Shown: in pieces, positions 1-6,463 of the stretch
Numbering within the stretch: the stretch's first letter is position 1
Layout: every line of letters begins with the position of its first letter
Assembly: GCA_046757165.1 (NCBI GenBank)
Contig: JBHHXT010000148.1
Span: forward strand, 1-12,086
Source: a bacterium
Lineage (GTDB): Bacteria; Zhuqueibacterota; Zhuqueibacteria; Oceanimicrobiales; Oceanimicrobiaceae
Reading direction: 5' to 3'
Length of the DNA stretch: 12,086 bases
Notes under the pieces: model-generated
Databases searched by the model: none
Seen by the model: only the letters and a program-made list of their open reading frames with translations
Told to the model about the DNA's origin: nothing
Made by a program: the position numbers and the translations under genes

Positions 1-105
1 TTTCACCAATGTGGTTTTCCCGGATTGACGAGGCCCCATGAGCGCCACTACCGGAAATTGTTTTGCTGCCTGGAGCAGCTTCTTGGAAAGTCTGCGACGA
101 ATCAT
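1..105 (-). CDS. ATP-binding protein, AAA_14/DUF4143-like family (5' part only; runs off the window edge)
   Basis: Manual translation of the minus strand from ATG at 105: MIRRRLSKKLLQAAKQFPVVALMGPRQSGKTTLVK. It has a Walker A motif (GPRQSGKT) after an 'MIxR..L......FPVVxLxGPRQ' N-terminus typical of AAA_14+DUF4143 ATPases. Not in the ORF track because it is truncated. Confidence 0.88.
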   Translation of the reverse strand, partial: MIRRRLSKKLLQAAKQFPVVALMGPRQSGKTTLVK

Positions 106-111
106 GGGTGG

Positions 112-140
112 AAGATAGCAAAAATTGGCCAAACTGTCAA
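112..140 (-). promoter_or_regulatory. sigma70-type promoter of the AAA ATPase gene (probably leaderless transcript)
   Basis: Minus strand reads TTGACA (140-135), 17-nt spacer, TATCTT (117-112), CCACCC, then ATG (105). The -35 is perfect, the spacing canonical, and there is no Shine-Dalgarno. Confidence 0.72.
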
Positions 141-163
141 TCTGATTTACAGTTTGGCCAATT
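123..163. repeat. 41-bp near-perfect palindrome (candidate operator and/or czc operon terminator)
   Basis: AATTGGCCAAACTGT (123-137) and ACAGTTTGGCCAATT (149-163) are perfect 15-bp inverted repeats with an inner AATC-T-GATT pair. It lies 35 nt downstream of the czcA stop. On the minus strand the right arm runs into a short T tract (TTTTT). Confidence 0.85.
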
Positions 164-198
164 AGCTGCTCGAGTACAGGTTCCGCCGGTGAGCTGGG

Positions 199-3100
199 TC
201 ATAGAGCGTTTCCCACATCAACCTCAATCGCAAACCATTTATACAGCGCCGGAATGACCACCAGCGTTAAAGCGGTTGAAGTGACTAATCCTCCGACGAC
301 CACCGTTGCCAACGGGCGTTGCACTTCGCTACCGATGCCTGTGGAAAACAACAACGGAATCATACCCAACGCTGCGGCTAATGCCGTCATCAGTACCGGA
401 CGCAGCCTCAAGCTGGCACCTTTTATAGACGCCTCATCAATTGAGAGTCCTTCCTGCCGAAGCTGATTCAGATAGGTGACTAAAACGATGCCATTTAGCA
501 AAGCAATGCCAAATAATGCGATAAATCCCACGGAAGCCGGCACTGATAGATTTTGGCCCGAGAGCCACAACCCCACCACGCCGCCTACCAGCGCTAAGGG
601 AATATTCAACAAAATCAAAAGCGAGTTTTTCAACGAATTGAAACTAGAAAATAGCAGCAGAAAGATGATCAGCAGAGTGATGGGAACAACCACGGATAAT
701 CGTTTGTTGGCTTCTTGTTGCAGCCGAAACTGGCCGCCCCATGTGACCAGATAGCCCGGCGGCAACTCGACATTGGCTTCAATCGCTTCCTGCGCCTCTT
801 CCACAAAAGAGCCGATGTCTCTTCCCGTTACGTTGCACTGCACGGTGATGAAGCGCTGATTGTTTTCTCGAGTGATCTGGCGGGGGCCGACCAGTTCTGT
901 AACTTCAGCCAACTGGACTAAAGGTACTTTGCTGCCATTGGGAGCGGTGATCAAGATCTCACTGATCGCTTCCGGCGTATCGCGATACGCTTTTTCAAAG
1001 CGCACCAAAATGTCAAAACGCCGAATACCTTCAAAAACTTGACCGGCGGTTTCACCGCCGACTGCCGCGCGGACGACCTCCTGGACCTCTGAAATGTTGA
1101 TACCATAGCGGGCAATGGCTTCCCGGTTCACCTTAATCAATAGTTGTGGCGTACCGGTAACCTGATCGGCCTGAACATCGGCCGCGCCCGCGACTCTCTG
1201 AATGACCTGCGCAATTTCGTCCGCTTTTTCCTTCAGTGTTCCGATTTCATCGCCAAAGACTTTAGCGGCGAGTTCTGCGCGTACGCCCTCCAACAGCTCA
1301 TCGACGGTCATCGCGATGGGCTGGGTAAAGTTGGTCAACACCCCCGGCACGTCGCCCACTTCTTTGCGAATGACTTCCTGCAATTCTTCCTGTGTGCGGG
1401 CGGTGCGCCATTCTTCTTTCGGTTTCAACAAGATATACATTTCCGCACTGTTGACCGGGTCGGTATGGGCGCCTACTTCACCGCGGCCAATACGGGTGAC
1501 GGCACCGGTGATTTCAGGGATGTCCATGAGTCGGCGCTCCACAATCATGGTGACGCGCTTACTTTCATTGAGCGAAATGGAAGGCGCCATCGTTAAGCGA
1601 AGAACCAGCGTGCCCTCTTGCAGGGTTGGTGTAAATTCCGAACCCAATTGTGGAAATATGATTGCTCCAACCAGGATAAGTGCCAGTGCCAGCGCTACCG
1701 CCAGTGGACGCCGTTTGACAAAAAACGTGACAACGGGACGGTAGATCCTTAATAACATTCTCAGCACCCAGATTTGATGTTCCTGATTTTTCTTGCCGGG
1801 ATTATCGGGTTTTGGCCGCCGCATAAAGAGGTTTGCCAGCACCGGCACCAGAAACATGGCAAAGAGCAGGGAACCGGTCATAGCCAAAGCAATGGTGTAT
1901 GCCAACGGTCGGAACGTCTTGCCTTCCACTCCCTGTAGAGTGAACAGGGGCAGGAAAACGATGATGATAATGGAAACCGCGAAGACGATGGGCCGAACCA
2001 CCTCAACGCAAGCCCGGGAAACGACACGAATCCGTGGTTCATTCGGGCCGGATTCTCGCAGCAAACGATCAACGTTTTCGACGAAGACCACGCTGCCGTC
2101 GACGATCATACCAATGGCGATAGCGAGACCGCCGAACGACATCAAGTTGGCTGAGATACCAAGAAGCTTCATACCGATCATGGCAAACAGCACAGAAAAA
2201 GGGATCGCGATCGCCACGACCAGGCTGGGACGAAAGGCTCCTAAAAAGACCATCAAAATGATAATGACTAAAATAATTCCCTCCAGTAGGGCATCGGTCA
2301 CAGTTTTGACGCAGGCCTCCACCAGCGACTTTTGTTCATAGTAGGGGACGATTTTGATGCCATCGGGCAGGATGTTGTTGATTTCTTTCATTCGCTGCTC
2401 CACCTGTCCAATGACGGTAGATGAATTAGTCCCGAATAGCTTAACGACCATTCCGGCGACCACTTCTTCGATGCCATTACGGGTTTGGATGCCGCGGCGA
2501 ATCGCCCCGCCAATTTCAACGTTCGCCAATTGCTTGAGATAGACCGGCGTGCCATCCTCGGATTTGATGATGATGTTCTCGATATCTTCGATGTTAGACG
2601 CCAGACCCACCGAGCGAACGATAAACTCCTCAGCATTCTTCTCGATAAACTGGGCTCCGACGTTCAGGTTGTTGGCTTTGATTTTTTCGATGAGTTCCTG
2701 AATCGTCACATCATAGCGCAGCAAGGAGGAAGGGTCAAGCACAACATGATACTGTTTTTCGTAGCCACCGATTCCAAGCACCTCGGTCACACCCGGGACG
2801 GTCTGCAGGTTGAATTTGATCAGCCAATCCTGAATGGTGCGCAGCTCTTCCAGGGTGTATTGGCCGGTCTCGTCCTCCAGGTAGTAAAACAGGATCAATC
2901 CCATGCCGGTAGAAATGGGTCCCATCGCCGGTTCGCCGAACCCTTCCGGGATGTTTTCGCGGGCTTCCTGTAAACGTTCGTTGACCAACTGCCGGCAAAA
3001 ATAGATGTCGGCGCCGTCTTCGAAATAGATATTCACCACCGACAGGCCGAAATTCGACACCGAGCGAATGTTCTCGAGATTCGGCAGCCCGTTCATGGCC

Positions 3101-3309
3101 ACTTCAACCGGGTAAGTGACGTATTTTTCAACTTCTTCCGGGGCCAATCCTTCTGTTTCCGTGAAGACCTGTACCAGGTTTGGTGAAACATCGGGAAAGG
3201 CGTCGATGGGCAGTTGCTTATAACTGTAAAACCCGGCAGCAAGCACCAAAGCACCCAACACCACTATCAGCAGTTGGCTGCGGAGAGAAAATTCGATCAG
3301 GTTTTTCAT
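199..3309 (-). CDS. czcA: Heavy-metal efflux RND transporter permease, CzcA/CusA (HME) family
   Basis: 1036 aa. N-terminal TM then LPIDAFPDVS; PEEVEKYVTYPVE; RSVSNFGLSVV; TM4 motif AIGMIVDGSVVFVEN; GVEGKTFRPLA; GSEFTPTLQEG; RLRPVLMTA; GSEVQRPLATVVVGGL. Follows czcC and czcB homologues. The symbol is family-level; the substrate is not established. Confidence 0.96.
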   Translation of the reverse strand: MKNLIEFSLRSQLLIVVLGALVLAAGFYSYKQLPIDAFPDVSPNLVQVFTETEGLAPEEVEKYVTYPVEVAMNGLPNLENIRSVSNFGLSVVNIYFEDGADIYFCRQLVNERLQEARENIPEGFGEPAMGPISTGMGLILFYYLEDETGQYTLEELRTIQDWLIKFNLQTVPGVTEVLGIGGYEKQYHVVLDPSSLLRYDVTIQELIEKIKANNLNVGAQFIEKNAEEFIVRSVGLASNIEDIENIIIKSEDGTPVYLKQLANVEIGGAIRRGIQTRNGIEEVVAGMVVKLFGTNSSTVIGQVEQRMKEINNILPDGIKIVPYYEQKSLVEACVKTVTDALLEGIILVIIILMVFLGAFRPSLVVAIAIPFSVLFAMIGMKLLGISANLMSFGGLAIAIGMIVDGSVVFVENVDRLLRESGPNEPRIRVVSRACVEVVRPIVFAVSIIIIVFLPLFTLQGVEGKTFRPLAYTIALAMTGSLLFAMFLVPVLANLFMRRPKPDNPGKKNQEHQIWVLRMLLRIYRPVVTFFVKRRPLAVALALALILVGAIIFPQLGSEFTPTLQEGTLVLRLTMAPSISLNESKRVTMIVERRLMDIPEITGAVTRIGRGEVGAHTDPVNSAEMYILLKPKEEWRTARTQEELQEVIRKEVGDVPGVLTNFTQPIAMTVDELLEGVRAELAAKVFGDEIGTLKEKADEIAQVIQRVAGAADVQADQVTGTPQLLIKVNREAIARYGINISEVQEVVRAAVGGETAGQVFEGIRRFDILVRFEKAYRDTPEAISEILITAPNGSKVPLVQLAEVTELVGPRQITRENNQRFITVQCNVTGRDIGSFVEEAQEAIEANVELPPGYLVTWGGQFRLQQEANKRLSVVVPITLLIIFLLLFSSFNSLKNSLLILLNIPLALVGGVVGLWLSGQNLSVPASVGFIALFGIALLNGIVLVTYLNQLRQEGLSIDEASIKGASLRLRPVLMTALAAALGMIPLLFSTGIGSEVQRPLATVVVGGLVTSTALTLVVIPALYKWFAIEVDVGNAL

Positions 3310-3346
3310 GATTCTATGTCCCTTCTTATGTCAAATCCCAGGAGAT

Positions 3347-3412
3347 GTTATTTCGAACCCGATGAAATCTGGTTTCGTACACTTACAGATTTCTTATTCC
3401 GTTCGAAATGAC
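3347..3412. repeat. REP-like nested palindromic element in the czcB-czcA spacer
   Basis: Outer arms GTTATTTCGAAC (3347-3358) and GTTCGAAATGAC (3401-3412) are 11/12 complementary. Inner arms GAAATCTG (3364-3371) and CAGATTTC (3386-3393) are perfectly complementary. Confidence 0.7.
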
Positions 3413-3422
3413 CATTCATGTT

Positions 3423-4385
3423 CTAATGTACATGACCGGATTCAAAAGAACTCTTGGCCAACTCCGCTTTCAAGGTAAAGCCGCCTTTGCTGACATATGT
3501 TTGCCCGGCCGTCAATCCGGCAAGAATCTCCACGTGCGTTGTCGACCTTTTGCCGATAGTCACCGGCTGGGGGATGAACCCGTCATCAGTTTGCACGAAA
3601 ACGACCGTTTGCTCTTCGATAGTTTCCAGGGCCGTCCGTGGCACCACAATCGCCGCTCCGACTGAATCGACTTGCACGTAGCCGGTGACGAACAATCCGG
3701 GGCGCCATTGTTTGTCAGGATTGGGAAGGACCACTCGGGCGATGGCTGTGCGAGTTGTTTCATCGAGCAGGGGGCTGATGTAGGAGATCGTGCCGGTAGC
3801 TTCAGGCATGTTCGGCCCCGCCGAGATGACCACCTTCTGCCCGATTTTCACGTAGGGCAAATCCTTTTGGTAAACGCTGAGATTGGCCCAGACCGAACTG
3901 AGATCGGTGATCGTGAAAGCATGGGAATCATCGGTAATCACTTCGCCCAGCGTAAGATGCTTATCCGTAACGGTTCCGGCAATCAGGGATTTGACTTCGT
4001 AGGGCGCCAGGCTTTCATTACTTTCGATCACCGCAAGGACTTCTCCTTTTCGGACGTGGTCACCAATATGCTTGCGCACGTCTTTCACGATCCCCGGAAA
4101 ACGGGGAATGATGTGGGCCAGACGGTCCGGCTCGATGACGATTTCTCCTGAAAGCTTTCTTTGAATCTCCAAATGGCCCGGTCCGACTTCTCCAATCTCA
4201 ATGCCGAATTCCTTTAATTGTTCGGCGCTAAGGCGTACAAGTTGTTCTTGGTCGTATTCATCATGTTCTGTGGATTCTTCATATTCCGGCGTCTTATCGT
4301 TTGAGCAGGCGGAAACCAGAACACTTGCCATTGCGAGCACAAACAACTTGTAAAAAAATGTGATGAATTTGTATCTGATGTTCAT
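3423..4385 (-). CDS. czcB: RND efflux periplasmic adaptor (membrane fusion) lipoprotein, CzcB family, short form
   Basis: Lipobox VLVSAC, lipoyl motifs PRFPGIV..GDHVRKGEVLAVIES and VKSLIAGTV, DLSSVWA, DETTRTAIARVVLPNPDKQWRPGLFV, EILAGLTAG, and C-terminal GHVH. Start moved to ATG 4385 (320 aa) because SD AGGAG overlaps the czcC stop TAG and ends 7 nt upstream of it. Confidence 0.93.
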   Translation of the reverse strand: MNIRYKFITFFYKLFVLAMASVLVSACSNDKTPEYEESTEHDEYDQEQLVRLSAEQLKEFGIEIGEVGPGHLEIQRKLSGEIVIEPDRLAHIIPRFPGIVKDVRKHIGDHVRKGEVLAVIESNESLAPYEVKSLIAGTVTDKHLTLGEVITDDSHAFTITDLSSVWANLSVYQKDLPYVKIGQKVVISAGPNMPEATGTISYISPLLDETTRTAIARVVLPNPDKQWRPGLFVTGYVQVDSVGAAIVVPRTALETIEEQTVVFVQTDDGFIPQPVTIGKRSTTHVEILAGLTAGQTYVSKGGFTLKAELAKSSFESGHVH

Positions 4386-4395
4386 TGAATATCTC

Positions 4396-5760
4396 CTATT
4401 GAATTGAAACAAGGCTTTGCCCGATTAGTCTTTCTAAGTCGGCAGTGGCTTTGTGGTAATCCCTCAGGGCACGCAAATACTGCCCACGCGAGTCGAAAAG
4501 GGTTCGTTGTGCATCCAGCACATCCAGAAAGCCAAATTTCCCTTGTTTGTAGCCATCGCTGATGGTATCGAAAGCTTTCTGGGCTTCCGGCAAAACGGAG
4601 GTTTGCAAGGTAGAAGCTTCGTCGAACGCGCTTGAAAGGGCTCGATAAGCTTCGGCTACAGAAGTCTTTATGCGTAATTCAGTTGCCTGACGTTCGAACT
4701 CGGCTTTATTTGAACGCAAGCGAGCTTCGCTAGCAGCTCCTTGATTCCGGTTGAAGATGGGGATAGGAATAGCTAATCCGAGGACAAAGGCGTTGTCATC
4801 ACTTTCAGCTAATCGGCGGAACCCGCCTCCAATTGCAGGATCGGGGATTTTTTGAGCTTCTTGCAACTCAACCACGGCCCGGCGTCGTTGCATTTCTACA
4901 CCCCAGCGGGCGATTTCCGGATTTTGGGAAATAAGCTCGAGCAATTCATCTATCGCCGGGATGCTTTGAGATAAGCCAAAAGTTCCTGTTACTTGTTGAA
5001 ATTGTGGCGTCAAACTGCCCCAGGTAGCAGCCAAACGTTTGCGAGCGCTTTCAAGCTCTCGTTGAGATCGTCCCAATTCAATCTGGGCATTGGACAGGGC
5101 AACGCGTGCCCTCGATTCTTCGGCTGGCGCGGTCCTTCCAGCCTGCACTCGCTGCGAAACGATGTCCACAAATTCCGCTGCCAGCTGAACCAGCTCTATG
5201 TCTAATGCCAGGCGACCCTGTGCAGACTGGACATCAAGAAAAGCTTGTGTTACGTCTGTGAGGATATCCAGGCGTTTAATTTCGAAAACCCAGGCAGCCA
5301 GGTCGCTTTCCAATGCCGCCACGCGAGTGCGTTTTCGCCGTTTGCCCCCCAATTCAATGAGTTGGCTTAAAAGGATTGTCGATTCTGTTTGTTCAAAGCC
5401 GCTCACATCCCCTGAACCACCAAAGTTCTCTAGTTCAACCTCGATCTCCGGATTAGGAAGCAGCGATGCTTGTATGGCGCGCGCTTCCCTTGCTCTCACT
5501 TCCCAGGAGAAGGCCGCCAATTCCGGGTTTCTTAACAACGCTAAGGATAGAGCCTGTCTTAACGTGAGTGTTCCTACCGGTTCCTCTACTTGAAGTAAAG
5601 ATGTATCTTCTTGAGGTATCTCTGCCGGTGCCTGATACGTTTTGTAATCTTTACCCAGTGAACGCGGCTCAGGATAGTTGGCTGCCGTGCGATAGCCAGC
5701 ACAATTAGTGATTGAGAATAACGCTGTGATTCCAAACAGCAGAGGCGCTTTCAATTGCAT
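4396..5760 (-). CDS. czcC: Outer-membrane factor (TolC/CzcC family) of the RND system, probable lipoprotein
   Basis: 454 aa. LTLRQALSLALLRNPEL, LLPNPEI, LSQLIELGGKRRKR, IPIPIFNRNQG and YKQGKFGFLDVLDAQRTL are CzcC-type OEP motifs. Signal peptide ends at SITNC. SD GGAGG at 5769-5765. Confidence 0.94.
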   Translation of the reverse strand: MQLKAPLLFGITALFSITNCAGYRTAANYPEPRSLGKDYKTYQAPAEIPQEDTSLLQVEEPVGTLTLRQALSLALLRNPELAAFSWEVRAREARAIQASLLPNPEIEVELENFGGSGDVSGFEQTESTILLSQLIELGGKRRKRTRVAALESDLAAWVFEIKRLDILTDVTQAFLDVQSAQGRLALDIELVQLAAEFVDIVSQRVQAGRTAPAEESRARVALSNAQIELGRSQRELESARKRLAATWGSLTPQFQQVTGTFGLSQSIPAIDELLELISQNPEIARWGVEMQRRRAVVELQEAQKIPDPAIGGGFRRLAESDDNAFVLGLAIPIPIFNRNQGAASEARLRSNKAEFERQATELRIKTSVAEAYRALSSAFDEASTLQTSVLPEAQKAFDTISDGYKQGKFGFLDVLDAQRTLFDSRGQYLRALRDYHKATADLERLIGQSLVSIQ

Positions 5761-5764
5761 GGTA

Positions 5765-5909
5765 CCTCCAAATCAGTCAATATTGGATTGAGCTATGTAG
5801 GAAGTCAAACAACAGCTTGACTTCCTGTGAGAACAACTCAGAAACGATGTTCTATTCGAGTTGTTCAGTCGGAAATAGTTTGCCAAATGCTCTGACTTCT
5901 TCAAGCCGA
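5765..5909. promoter_or_regulatory. Structured intergenic leader upstream of czcC (tandem hairpins plus a possible SD-sequestering stem)
   Basis: IR1 AGGAAGTCAA/TTGACTTCCT (5799-5808/5817-5826, perfect 10 bp). IR2 GAACAACTC/GAGTTGTTC (5831-5839/5858-5866, perfect 9 bp). IR3 AGTCGGA/TCTGACT (5867-5873/5891-5897, 6/7). On the mRNA strand, TCCAA...TTGGA (5787-5783 with 5771-5767) overlaps the GGAGG SD. Function is inferred. Confidence 0.5.
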
Positions 5910-5954
5910 GTGGTTAGAATAAGACATTGTCCAAAAATGAAAGCTAGCTAAGCT

Positions 5955-6320
5955 CTAGGAGAAAGATTTTGGAGGGTGAAAAATGTGGCCTGCAGACCAG
6001 CTTACAGCCTGCGGTTTTTGTAAGGTTAGAATGGTGAGAAGTGATATGTTGCTGTCAAAAGTAAAGTAAGAGGCGAGCATATTCACGCCAGAAACGCAGC
6101 ACGCACACAAAGTGCAACTGTCAGGGGGTTGTGGCTGATGCTCAGTCTGCTGGGGGTTATGGAAATGAGTTTCAGCGTTCGTTTTGCTCTCGGTGAGTTG
6201 AGAGTGAACGCCTGAGGCAAACAGTTCCACGACGTCCCAAATCGCAAGGGCGTCGAACGCAAACATGAAGAGCAGAAGACAAGTAATTACTTTTGTTGTC
6301 ATCTTAGTATGAGTAGGCAT
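5955..6320 (-). CDS. Small exported His/Cys-rich protein upstream of czcC (CzcI/DUF2946/DUF6660-like; candidate leader/arrest peptide)
   Basis: 121 aa: hydrophobic N-terminus (KVITCLLLFMFAFDALA), His-rich segment THFHNPQQTEH, Cys cluster CTLCACC and C-terminal IFHPPK. It occupies the czcI position. The start could be the second Met (MTTKV). Confidence 0.78.
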   Translation of the reverse strand: MPTHTKMTTKVITCLLLFMFAFDALAIWDVVELFASGVHSQLTESKTNAETHFHNPQQTEHQPQPPDSCTLCACCVSGVNMLASYFTFDSNISLLTILTLQKPQAVSWSAGHIFHPPKSFS

Positions 6321-6369
6321 AATAATTCAATTGTCATTAAACGATCCGTAGCGTCTCGAGTTCCACATG

Positions 6370-6443
6370 ACCTGTTGTGGCGAACGTTCAAAATAAGCAG
6401 AAATCCCGCCCTTTCCGGTCTGCAAACGTCCCCCTCAACAGGT
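6370..6443. repeat. 74-bp element with imperfect 19-bp terminal inverted repeats in the divergent promoter region
   Basis: ACCTGTTGTGGCGAACGTT (6370-6388) matches the reverse complement of 6425-6443 (ACCTGTTGAGGGGGACGTT) at 16/19 positions without gaps. Inner pair GCAGA (6397-6401)/TCTGC (6419-6423). Confidence 0.6.
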
Positions 6444-6448
6444 ATAAA
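6420..6448 (+). promoter_or_regulatory. Possible sigma70 promoter for the large secreted protein gene
   Basis: CTGCAA (6420-6425), 17-nt spacer, TATAAA (6443-6448), ending 15 nt before ATG 6464. The -35 match is weak. Confidence 0.3.
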
Positions 6449-6463
6449 TAAATAGCGACAGAT

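Noticed and set aside
63..257. 64-aa + strand ORF
   Set aside because: Overlaps the AAA ATPase start, its promoter and the czcA 3' end on the opposite strand; no recognisable motifs.
4386..4412. Longer czcB start (MFQFNRRYS) from the ORF track
   Set aside because: Overlaps czcC; ATG 4385 has a well-spaced AGGAG SD and gives a normal lipoprotein signal.
254..5593. Many 60-182 aa ORFs antisense or out of frame within czcA, czcB and czcC
   Set aside because: Shadow ORFs of well-supported genes, with no motifs of their own.
5761..5954. NiCo (czcD) riboswitch or tRNA
   Set aside because: The context is suggestive, but I could not find the conserved NiCo junction sequences or tRNA D/T-loop motifs; kept only as an unclassified structure.
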